DNA of 64,000 nucleotides from Octopus bimaculoides (Eukaryota): the NCBI RefSeq assembly GCF_001194135.2, contig NC_068989.1, positions 72,034,113 to 72,098,112 on the forward strand, given 5' to 3'. The translations under genes and the position numbers were made by a program. The notes under the pieces are model-generated. The model had not been told where the DNA came from and ran no database searches. It saw nothing but the letters and a program-made list of their open reading frames with translations. This document shows positions 39,523 through 52,894 of the stretch, in pieces (position 1 is the first letter of the stretch; every line of letters begins with the position of its first letter).

Positions 39523-42500
39523 CATACATACATATATATACACACACACACACACTCGTATATATATCATATGCACACATATACATACATGGACATTTCA
39601 AGACCATATGTTTATTACAAAGAAAGGGTTCATTTAGAGATGTGTTTACACACAGGGTTTGTACAATGACCCACATCCTACAATTGCAGTTATTCCAGAA
39701 GATATTAAATCAAGTATCTTTTAAGTACAAGGCTGAATTATCTTCCTCTCTGTTCCTCGCTCTCATCTTCATATACTTTCTCTCTGTAAGAAAAGGGCTG
39801 TGTTCAGTCTTGGATAAGGAAGGGCTCTGCCAAGTCCAACCCTTTAGCATTCAGATTTCTCTGTCAAATGTAATTCTCATTTATTCCCACTTTTTTTAAT
39901 TAGTCATGCACCATCTTATAGTTTTGAGATTCCAATGATGATGATGATGATGATCATCATCATCATCATCGTCGTTTAACGTCCGCTTTCCATGCTAGCA
40001 TGGGTTGGACGATTTGACTGAGGACTGGTGAAACCAGATGGCTACACCAGGCTCCAATCTGATTTGGCAGAGTTTCTACAGCTGGATGCCCTTCCTAATG
40101 CCAACCACGCAGAGAGGGTAGTGGGTGCTTTTATGTGCCACTGGCACAAAGGCCAGTAATAGTTTATTTTTAGAATGACATTGTAGGGTAGACATGAGAG
40201 GTCAGACCTTGCTGGTTTGAATATAAAACAGGTAGAAAATTTGGGCCAGATGTGGCTGGTTTTATTGCTAAAGGGTTAAAATGGTCAAGACATGCCATAT
40301 ATTGTAACAGTGCTCCCTGCAACTTCATCAGAAGTTAAGGGCCCCCACCACCAATATGTTATTAAGTGCTTGCTTGCTTCTGAGACAATAATATTTGATA
40401 AATCAAAGCAGGAAACTTACTTTGGAAGAAAGTAAGGAGTAAAGCCAGTGCACAGTTGCATTATGCCGGATCACACCATTCATACCATCAACGTAGAGCA
40501 TCACTACACCAAGAGCTGGAAAATAATAAAAAGAAATTAAGTTTGAAACTGGCATTAAATTTATGGATGAACACATTAAATTTCCAAAAAAAAAACCCCC
40601 AAAAAACCATAAACCATATCTGTTACTACCAAGAGTGTACGACTTGGCAGCATGTACCATGATTTTGTTAAATGTTAAAGATGTTTTTGTAGTTGTCACC
40701 CTCTCAGATCTCCTGTCCTTCCTGGTCCAGCAGAACAGTGAAAATATAACAGCAGAAGGAAGAGAGGGCTGCACCAACGCTTGGCTGCAACTTATTTTCA
40801 AATGAGTTTGAAATAGAGCAATATAAAATAAAGTGCCTTCCTCAAGGACACAACATGCTGCTCTTTCCAGGAACTGAACCTACAATTATAAGATTGGGGG
40901 TCCAACACTAGACTAAGTACCTTCACTAAAAATTAACAACAGCAAATTAAAATATTCAATAGAACCTAAGTGTGTCGTATTTTCTTTGAGATTGATTTCA
41001 AAAGTATCAAACTATCAGTAGGAACAGAAGTAATGTGGCATAGTGACTACCATAGTGAAGTATAAGCTCACAGCTTGTGGGTTCAAATCCACTGTAGGTA
41101 TTTTATTGTGTCTTTGTGAAGATAACTTCATTTTATATGCCACAGTGTACCTAGACACAAGAATTTCTTGAAAGTTATCTAAGACTTGTCTGAAACACAA
41201 TTTCTTAACATGCAGTTTCTGATTGCACTTTCATTTGTGTAGTGCAGGTGTGTGGCACAGAGGTTGGGCATTTGGCTCGTGGTTGTAAGATCATGAGTTT
41301 GATTCCAGGTGGTGTGCTGTGTCCTTGAGTAAGATGCTTTATTTCACATTGCTCCAATCTACTCAGTTGGCAAAAATGATTTGTACCTGTAATTTGAAGG
41401 GCCAGCCTTGTCACATTCTGTGTTGGATTGAATCTCCCTGAGAACTACATGAAGAGTTCATGTGCTTGTGGAGCACTCAGCCACATGCACATTACTTTCA
41501 AGAGTGGGCTGTTCTGTTGATTGGAATCCTCATTGTAACCAGTGGAATGACCGGTTGTTTCTCAGAAGATACGCATGATAAAGGTTTCAAAGTAGAGTGA
41601 ATTAAGAAAATAAAACTGTTGTTTCTAGCAAGTTAAGTGACTGCATAGAGGCTTCCCTTTTGCTCAGTAATCTGAGTCAATCTAATGAGTTCAATTCCAA
41701 GTTTATTAATTGTAATTCATTTTTTCTTTGTAACTGCAATTTTCAGCCATGGTGAATAGCTTTGGAAGCAAGTCTTTGGTCAGTCAACTCATCGTTAGCA
41801 CACTAAATGAAGACAAAGCTTTTAATAGTGACCCTGTAACCTAATAGAGGGTTAAAGGACATTTTCGTTTGAATCAATTAGGTTTGATGCTCTCTTAATT
41901 TCTAGCATTGTGATAAGACACACTGCTTAAAAAAGTACTAATTGTTACAATTAACTAAGTTTCTGGTTGAGATCTATGAATGACTTACTAAGTTTCAGGT
42001 TGAGATTAAAGAATGAAAATTATTGAATGTAACAAAAACTTTGATGTAATGAAGAAAAATATAAAAATTGTATCTAACCTCTAAGGATAAAATTTTGGTA
42101 ATTCTGGTCTGATTCAGCACCGACTTTAATGAGACAGTCAAGGCCATCATTTTCCACAAACTCATGGACTAAATCTTTGTCATCCTGTAGTTAAATAAGA
42201 AAAAAAATACTTTTGTGAGTAGTAGCAGACAGTACAGGAAATGTTTAGAAATGACTAAGTAGAACAATTAGCAAAATAGGATAAAAAAATTGATCTTATA
42301 AAAATATAATTTTACATTGGTCTATGATGATAATTATACAGAACTCTTTTCCATAATTAAATGTCTGCCATGAAATGACAGTAACATAGTACAAAATGAA
42401 ACCTCAGCATCAGATCATCACTATATCATATTAGACTATCATCATATCATATCAGATCATCATCATCATTATCATCATAATATCTTCCTTGTCATATCAC

Positions 42501-45500
42501 CATCATTATTTTAATGTCCATTTTCCCATACTTATATGGATCAGAATTCATTGACACATTTTCTACAGCTGGATGTTCTTCCAGTCACCAACATACACCC
42601 ATTTCCAAGCATGGTAATATTTCCTAATGACTGGGCATGTTTTTACAGAAGATTGGAAATAAATAACGCTTCTTATATGATAGTGACACTCATTTACAAT
42701 CACTGCGCAAGGTTAAGACAAGGAGATACTAACAGACACACAAGCGAAATCCACTTACAAGACTTTTGTCAGCTCAAGGCTATTGTGGAAGACACCCAAG
42801 ATGCCATGCAGTAGGACTGAACCCCAAATCACATGGTTGGGAAGCAAACCTCTTAACCACGCAGCCTTGCATAAAATACTCTGAGAATTAATCAAGTCTC
42901 CTTCTCATGAAATTAATCATATATTAAATCTAATACACTATAAATCATGTACACAAAAGTATGACATCACCAATGGAAACGAGTTTGTACAGAAGAACGG
43001 TATTGTTAATGAACATTATAATGAGTAAAAATCACCAATATTAATGAGATATCCAAGAGATTTACCTGGAAGATTTGCTTCAATGAGAATAAAGCTCGAC
43101 GGAGTTCCCGTCCACTTGAATTTAACAGTTTCTCTATAAAATAGCAAACGAAGAAAGAACATCTTGATTAAATATATAATTAATTACAATACTGATTTAA
43201 TAACACAGAGAAGTATCAAATTTCAAAAATATGTGTCACAAGAGATAGTTTCCAGAGAAGTTAGAAGTAGAATGAGTATAAGGCATGTAAAATTTCTTAT
43301 CAACGTTTGTAATAGCAATCAGTCAACACAAGGATTATAGAGGATTTATAAAATTAATTTCCATATAATAAGCTGTAACCATGTAATCAGGACAAGAGTT
43401 GTATTTTTCTCTAATCATTGTATACAGTATGAAATGACACATGTCAAGTCAGAGATAAATTCTGTTTATAAATAACAATCAAATAAACTTAGAGAAAAAC
43501 AAATTTTTCTGATACTATTCTGCAAATGGAATTGGTCTCTCAAATAGAATTATCTCTTTCCTACAGCACATGCTACAAATTAAAGAATAACAGATTTCAA
43601 TGCTAAGCTGTCACCGCCACCAACACTACTGTGGGACAAAATGGATTACTAGTGTTTAGCTAATATCCTAACTATAGCATGTCACTAAGATGGACCAGAA
43701 TTAATAAAATGCTCTCCTTATTTGTCAAATCTTTAAAATTTTTTTAAAATCAAAATATACAAACATACCTCAAAACAAAACAACACATGCTAAAAGTTCT
43801 AATTTTCATTCAGTGAATGGCTTTTTTACAGATCTGAATATGTCTCAAGCATATTTGAACAGGTAGCAAGTTTGTATTTATGTACATCACTGATTAGTAT
43901 TTGTATTCCATATATCATCATCCTCATCATTTAACATCCGCATTTCATGCTGGCATGGATTGGACGGCTTAACAGGAATTGGCCAAGAAGAAAACTGCAG
44001 CAGGCTTCAGTGTCTGTTTTGGCGTGGTTTTTACACCACACACACCTGTCAGTCTATCTATCAATATTAACATCATCGAACATGGACGTTAAATGATGCT
44101 GATGTCTTATAAATATAAAATGTGTGTGTGTCTGTGTGTGTGTGTGCACCTGTATATGTTGTACCAAGATCAAAATATATAAATGTTAGTAATTTTTTAG
44201 ATTCATAAGCTATTACATGCTGGAACAAGTTTCAAAAACGAAGTGTGTAGATACAGTTTTTCACATAGAAATTACAGAAACATGTAGATATACATAACTC
44301 ATATGTAAACCTAAGTATTTGGAATATCTGCATATGTAGTGAATAAGACTTTCAGCCTGATACTAATAAATCTCTGATAATTTTGTTTACTTCCAACATA
44401 TGTACCAGCATTTCTTAGACAAAGCTGCTCTTTCTTGTATCACTATTCCCTACTGTTCAATCCCTGCTCTGACATTAACCTCTATGCCCAGTCCTTTCCT
44501 TTAAGAAACATCACTCTGGAATCTCCTCCTAGTGCATGCCTTTCCTACAGATGCTGACCTGAAATATCTGCAATATTAACTACATTGGTCATGGAGAGCT
44601 TGCAGCAGAGGTCATGGATATTGCTCCACTTTCCACTTTTTTTATTGTGTGTCTCACTCAGCAGGTGAGACCTATTAAAAAAGTAGGAAAAAGTGTCTGT
44701 GTGCATTTGTGTATGTATATGGTTTGTTGGTTTATTATTGTTACATGGACTTAGAAAAATAAAGATGATGATTATACACAAAGAAAAATTAAGCTAAAGT
44801 AGCTATGGCATGATATTATGTTTGAATAATTTGCTATGTTCCAATGAAGTTGGTAAGGAGATTTGATTCAATAGATAACTATGTATGAGCACCAAGAATG
44901 TACATAAGTTAAGTTCAAGATCCCTTCAGCTCTCTATCCCTTGCACTTCTAATGAACCATGAACTATAATGATTACATTTTGTACCTCTCAATCACCTCT
45001 TGTCAATCTGTAAGGTTCATGATAATTTAAACTGAGAGGTCCTTGTCTTGTTTGCTTTTGGTGCCACATAAAAAGCATCTGCACTAGTGTCAGAACTGCA
45101 GATGAGACTGCAAGCTGAGGATTGAAATTCAGACATTTCAGAAATTGCTCCAATCATTCCCTTGCCCTCCTCATCCTCCACTTCTCCTCAGTCTGCAAGT
45201 ATGAGGGATGCCCTACCATCATCACTATCATCCTCTCTTATCTCACTTGCTAGTACTTCTTTACTTAGCATCAGTTCACCTGTCAAAAGCAAGCAGTAAA
45301 CATTCTGCAAATGGTGCAATATAGATCAGCATCAATATCTGGAGAGAGAGAGAGAGAAGTTAAGTCTTCATCTACTTTAAGTCAAGATAACTAGATATAA
45401 GCTTCAACCCGTAGAAACCCATAGATGACTAGGGGACATTTACTTTAAGCTAACTAAAGAGGAGCTGTTAAAATGTAACAGTTCTTGTAACTTATGGAGA

Positions 45501-45875
45501 TAACAAGAGCCATCTGTTTCTTTGAAATATATGTGAAGTTGAAATGCACATAACTACCATTCTTTAGATAAGAGTTAGACCTCTCACATCAAAGACTACT
45601 TTTAAAGTGTGAATATAAATGTGTGCATGTGTGTGTGTATGCATGTGTCCATACATACATACATACATACATACATGAATGCATACATATGTACATACAT
45701 ATATGTATATATACATATACACATACAATTTATATATACATATACATGTATATAAAGTTTACAGATCCAACAGAGGTAGCATCAACTAAAAAAAGTACTC
45801 CATCCAGTGATTTAAATTGATTATATATATATGCCTTGCAAGTGGATTTGGTAGACAGAAACTGAAAGATGCCCA

Positions 45876-45920
<45 letters not shown>

Positions 45921-48789
45921 TATATATATATATATGTATGTATAAATATGTATAAAGAAAGAAAAGGATAAAGAGACCAATGGCAAAGTTAGAATTATAT
46001 TTTATGGATTAAGTCTTATAGCTGTTTCAGGGAAAATCTAATGTATCCCTTCATCGGAGACGGTAATAGCAGAAGAATGGATTATATATATGTATATATA
46101 AACTAAAAACTGTAAAACTCTTTTGTACTAAATGACTTTTATTTTATAAAGTATGTGAGGGTATTTGTTTTCATGTGTATATGTGTGTGTTTGCATATGC
46201 ATGTATATCTTACATACGTCTAGCACTGCAGGGNNNNNNNNNNGCACTCCTTTCATCACTTCAATGATGGAGTTATACATTTTTTTTATAATCATATTCA
46301 AGAAAACGTAAAAGACCATTTGTCAGAAATGTATGCATTTGCTTGTCAATGACAGTCATTGACAAGCTGGTATGAAGAGAAATGAAACAAAAATTGCTAA
46401 AAAGTAGCTTTTGAAAACCTTATTTCCGTTTTTTTTATTTTAAATATATTTGTTTTTTGAATCTAACTTGCTATGACTGTCATGATGAAGCAGGAAGTAT
46501 GCGTTGGGATAATTTCCTGCTTCTTTCTCTTAGTTCAGAATGTATGAAATGGAAGCTTTTTTTAAAAGGGAAAGGGGAGAAAAACAAAATCATTGTATTA
46601 TACACACACACACACACACACACATATGTATGGTTTGCCAATTGGCAAATGTCTTTTCTCAGGGTGTCAGCTGTGTAATGTTAACATATACTTTCCCAAG
46701 CAAATTTTATGTAAAAAAAGTTAAAACCAGGAACCGAAGTGATCATCATAAACTTAGTTTTCTGAGAATAAACCTTCTAGTGTTTAGTCACCTAACAATA
46801 TGTATATGCTCCTAAATTGAGGTACAGATATGTAGATAAAAATGATGGCAAGTGACTAGAAATGTATATGCATACAAAAAAACAGAAAAGAGGTATAGAA
46901 GTGCTGTGACCTGTGGATGGACAGTTTACAGGAAATATCTAATTATAGTATATCGTTAGAATACTACAGCATGAAAAAAGAAAAAAAAGTACTAAACAAA
47001 AAATAGAATGATAATAATAATAAATAAATAAATGAAAAATATCTCTCCAAAACTCAGAAGTCAACACTGGAAGAAGTGGAGAACAATTAGCGATGATTTG
47101 TTTGAGTGAAAGAGGAGATTTGGCACATTATAGCAGTTAACTAGTTGGAAAAAGAGAGAGAATCTCTGTCAATAATTGAGCAGCTAAAAAAAGCCAGCAG
47201 GGTAATTAAGATGATGAGAGGAGTTTTAAAAACAGAAAATTATAGCAAATAACCCAATTTATGACTAATGCTTGCTTTAAATGACAATGGATGTCCATTT
47301 GTGACAAGATTCCTATCCCAAAGTCAGATTAAATTATGGATAGCATTTCCCCTGATCTTATTTACTTACAGCATTTTAGAAGTTTTTATTGCAGGAAGTC
47401 TATGGGAATGTGACCTTGGCAAAGAAGATAGTTGGTTACCGTGACTCTCTCCAAACAGCCAAAACTGACTTTTCCTTCTTCCTTTCTTGCAAATATACTT
47501 GCACATTTGCTTTATTTCCAGTTTTTTATTTATTTATTTGTTTATTGCTATTTAATGCCGATATAGAAAACTTTACAATTTATGTACTGAAGAGAGTAGG
47601 GAAAAATTAAAGATAGCAAATCAACTAGATTAAAGTAAAAGTTAGAATGTCTATAATGTTAGACCACAAGTGAAGATTTCCATCTTTCCAAGAACATTTA
47701 ATAAGTATTAGTTTGTTGTTGCTTTGTGATTGCACTTTCTCAAAAAAAAAAAAAAGAAGAAAATGTTTCCAGGAAATCATAAGACTTATCTTAATAGAAT
47801 TAATGACATTTTATGAAATGTAATAAATTATTCTTTGTGTGGTTGACCCTGGCCCTAACTGGTGTAATTCTAATATATCGCTGGTATCTACTTTTTTTAG
47901 TTTATTGTTGGGTAGAAAAAATAAAAATCAATCCTGGAAATAGCTTTTCCTTTTATAACTCAATATTAGAAATGTTATTATTGAGCCAAATAATGATAAC
48001 TTTTATATGGGAAGTATTAAGTATATTATATAAACAATCTCAAGATATCATTTGTGATATCTGAGTATATTTTGTATGGATCAGACAGAATTTATTGAGG
48101 CAAATTTTCTTTAGCTAGATGCCCTTCCTGTCACCAAATTTCATCTGCTTCCAAGTAAGGTAGCTGGAAATGGATGATAGCCGTACAGCAGTGACACACA
48201 CAATTATCACATGATGTCATGATAAGAAGGCAAACATCCATGGTGGGCTTCTTTTTCGGTTTCTATCTACCAAACCGACGAGACTTTTGTTGGTCCAAGG
48301 CTATAATAGAAGACACTTGTGCAAGGTGCCATGTAATGGGATTGAACCTAAAGCTATGTAGTTGGGAAGTAAACTTTTGAATCATACATCCATGATTCAA
48401 AATCTAACCATTTAACGATAATATCTCTGAAACAAATAAAGCATCAAAACTTCTTAAATTTAACAAATACTAGAGAAATTAAACTTTTTTAATACTCTGC
48501 CAATGTTGCAACAAAATATTTTTGATATTTATATAAAATAATGGTTATAGATAGCAGAATGTCTAATTTTAGTTGTGCCAGAGTTGATATTGCCTTTCAT
48601 TCTTCTGAGATCATTAAAAATAAATACCGTAATCTACATGATGTTGGTTCAATCAACTGAGAAATCCAATGTTGCAATCTACTCTTAAGTTTATTACTGA
48701 AGACTGCTTCCACAGAAAACCCCCAAAGTACTAGCTTTGTTAAATTTCTTGTTTGTGTGTGTGTATAAGTGTATATGTACATTATTATT

Positions 48790-48833
<44 letters not shown>

Positions 48834-51275
48834 CATCATCATCATCATCATCGTTTAACATCTGCTTTCCATGCTAGCATGGGTTGGACGATTTGACTGA
48901 GGACTGGTGAAACCAGATGGCTACACCAGGCTCCAATCTGATTTGGCAGAGTTTCTACAGCTGGATGCCCTTCCTAACGCCAACCACTCAGAGAGTGTAG
49001 TGGGTGCTTTTACGTGTCACCCGCACGAAGGCCAGTCAGGAGTAACTGGCAACGGCCACACTCAAAATGGTGTATTTTATGTGCCACCTGCACAAGAGCC
49101 AGTCCAGGGGCACTGGCAACGATCTCGCTCGAAAATCCTACGAAGGCCAGTCAGGCGGTACTGGCAACGGCCACGCTCAAAATGGTGTATATTTCATAAC
49201 AATAAAAATGTAGTGTTATAAAGATTATAAGAGAAGCTATAACATTTTTCATAGCCCAGAGATATTGCTTAAATTCACACACACACACACATTTGTGAAA
49301 AGGAAGTTGAAGAAAGGTCTTAAATAATTCTGTTTTCAATTAAGTGTGAAATAACAGAAGCGCTTCTAAAGACTTCATAAAAGAAAAAAACTTCATTCAT
49401 ATAAGAAAATGCTGTATCAAATAATTAAATGTGGACTCTGTTCTTTCACCGTCTAGACACTGTTTTTTGTCAGTGACAAAATTAATGTCACTAGACACAT
49501 TTATATTTTTCTTTTTCTCCGGTAACTTTTTGGCAATTAAAAAACTCATTTGTATTATTTTATTGTACAAAGTTGTACACGATTTATCAACTTGGTTGTT
49601 GATGTTGTTTAACTCTAGATCGGCTCAGATCCAGTAGAACAATGATCAAAGGCATCCCAGCTATGACCTTCCCATCTTTTTGTATATTTAGAACAATACA
49701 ATACAAAGCATTTTGTTTAATACTCAACTGATTCTGTCTATCCATCCATCTGCCCCCTTCACCATAATCATCCTTTTCTGTGATAAGTACAAAACCTGAA
49801 ATTTTGGCGGAGGAGGCTAGTTGATTACATCCACCACAGTGCTCATAGAGGTGCATGGTTTAGTGGTTAGGGCAGTGTTTCTCAACCTTTTTACCCTTGC
49901 GTAACCCTTAAAATAAATTACATGTCTCAAGGAACCCCTGCACAAAAAAAAATTAATATACTATATCTTTCTCATATTTTTTTCATTGTAGTTCATGTGG
50001 TAAATATATATATATATATATATTTTTTTTTATAACATAATAGGTTCGATAGGATGATGTCTATATTACAATAACCAATATGCTGTGCATGTACAGTAAT
50101 ATTAGGATCATGAAATTAGCATTAGCTTATCTCACTCTTTCTCGTGGAACCCCTAGGAAGTTTTGCAGAACCCAAGGATTCTGGGGAACTCTGGTTGAGA
50201 AATGTTGGGTTAGGGTATTGAACGCATGATCATAGAATTGTGGTTTCGATTCCTGGTCTAGGTGATGTGTTGTGTTCTTGAGCAAAACACTTAATTTCAC
50301 ACAGCTCCAGTCCACTGAACTCAGAACACAAAAACAAATGAAATGCTGCTAAGCATTTTGTCCAGTCTGCTAAGGATTCTTTCTACAGTAGGCACAAAAC
50401 CTGATATTTTGTAGAAAGGGATCAGCTGATTACACTGACTTCAGTGTTCAACTGGTACTTGTTTTATTGACCAGAAAAGGATGAAAGGCAAAGTCAACCT
50501 TGGCAGAACTTGAACTCAGGATGTAAAGAGCCTGAAGAAATTCTACTTAGCATTTTGTCCAATATACTAACAGTTCTGCTGACTCACTGCTTTGTAATTC
50601 TTTCTACTATAAGCCCAAGGCCTGAAATTTTGAGGGGAAAGGGTTTGTTGACGACAGTGACTCAAGTGATCAACTGGTATTTGCATTATCAACCCAAAGA
50701 GAATGAAAGACAAAGTTGATCTCAGCAACATATGAACTCAGAATGTAAAGCCAGAACAAATACCACTAAGCATTTTGTCTGGTGGGGTAACAATTCTGCC
50801 AGCTCACTGCCTTAATAATAATAATAAAGTAACCTAGACTTAACCCTAGGACTCATTATCTCAGGGCTTAACCTGGTTTCTATGGTGTATCAGAGATTGA
50901 GATTACAACACAATGCCAGTCTGTTACAGGGCTAACTCCCCATGCCAGCTATTGCTGGATCTTATTTACAGGTGAGTAAACTGGAGCAGCATGAAATGAA
51001 GTTTGTTATACTCAAAAACACAATGCACTTCCTAGTCTGGAAATTGAAACTGTGGGCTAAAGATTGTGAGTGCAACACTCCCACCACTAGACTATGTACC
51101 TTCATTAAAAAACAAGAGAAATAAACAGCAGCTCATTAGTGTAAGGTTTACCTTTTGTTTATATTCTTATATTGTTCTAGAACTGGTTTTAACCAAGTGA
51201 TTGTAGCTATCCAGGTTGAGGTGCTAAATGTTGCTAATTTTATTCAGAGATTTATAGCAAATATGATTTTTATTA

Positions 51276-51313
<38 letters not shown>

Positions 51314-51927
51314 GTTGTCTACACGAGAAACTGACTCAGTCATCATACAGAAAGAAAAAACAGTATAAACCTTCTGTGAAAAATCAATGAAAAGGGTTCA
51401 TTTAGTCCAAACCCATATTCCCACTAATTATTAACAGGTTTTATGTAGAGAGAATAACGACAATGATGGCATAACAAATAATGATTGCTCACTCTCTCTC
51501 TCTTTACACGTAAACACACAGACAGAGAGACACGTGTATTTGAAAACCTAAGTAATTCAGTCATTATGCTGTGTTTCCTATTTCCATTTTTTTCCCCTCA
51601 GAGTCAGTTTTGAAAATAAATCTTACAACATATATCAAGTACGCTTTAACTTACATTCAGGCATCAGGTTCAATTCCACTGTGTGGTACCCTGATTAAGT
51701 ACTTTTACAATAAGCTTTCGGTTGACTGAAGCCATTTTAGGTGAATGTGGATGGACAGAAAATGTGCAGAAATCAGTCAGATGGATTATACCAGTAATTC
51801 AAATGTCCAGGCTTGTCATACTGAGTCACACACTAGTTCTACTTGATAATAAAATTGAAAATGTGTGTGTGTGTATATATATATATGTATGTATCTATAT
51901 ATATGTGTATATATATATCTATATATA

Positions 51928-51980
<53 letters not shown>

Positions 51981-52851
51981 ATTTATATTTGTATATATAT
52001 ATTTATATATATATGTATGTATATATTTATATGTATATATCTATGTGTATGTATATATATATATAGTTATATATATGTGTTTTTATATTTATATATATGT
52101 GTATGTATATATAATTATATATATGTGTATGTATATATATATTTATATATATATGTATATTTATATATATCGAAACCAGGTTAAGCCCTGAGATAATGAG
52201 TCCTAGGGTTAAGGGCAGACCTAAGTCTATGTTACTTTATTATTATTAAGGCAGTGAGCTGGCAGAATTGTTACCACAATGTATATATATATATTTATAT
52301 GTATATATATATATATAACTATACAAAAATATATAAATATATATATGAATATATAGAAATAAATATATATATTGTGACAGACCGGCATCCTGTTCATGTA
52401 GGTAATCTGTACGCCAACGAAACCGGATCTTATGAGCCAGGCATGGCTTGAGAAGGAACAAACAACAACAACACAAATATATATATTATCTGAAGTGTAC
52501 TGTATTATACAGTATTATATATCTATCATGGCTGATCTTACCAATCGGTTTTGTGATAAAGGTAAGATCAGGTGTGATGGATATATAATACTGTACACCT
52601 CGAATAATATACCCACGCTATCGCCCTTTTTCCTGACTTATGGACTTTTAGACAACTTATGTATATCTAATTCGTCGAAACGCCAGTGTTATAATGGTGG
52701 CAGGTGATGAAGGAAATGTTCTCTATGTGACCTGCGTGTTTTCTGTACCTTGTTTATCATTTTGTCCATGTTTTTTTGCAACGTCATGTATCCAGATATG
52801 CATCTATATATACATGTAGATAAAGGTATGTACATATATATGCATATACTC

Positions 52852-52894
<43 letters not shown>

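Noticed and set aside
51722-52191. ORFs rich in YI/CV/HT repeats here and across the window
   Set aside because: Translations of TA/TG/CA microsatellites.
52620-52725. CTGAC...CGAAAC and GTGATGA motifs suggesting a hammerhead
   Set aside because: The cores deviate from CUGANGA and I could not assemble stems I and III; at most a decayed repeat end.
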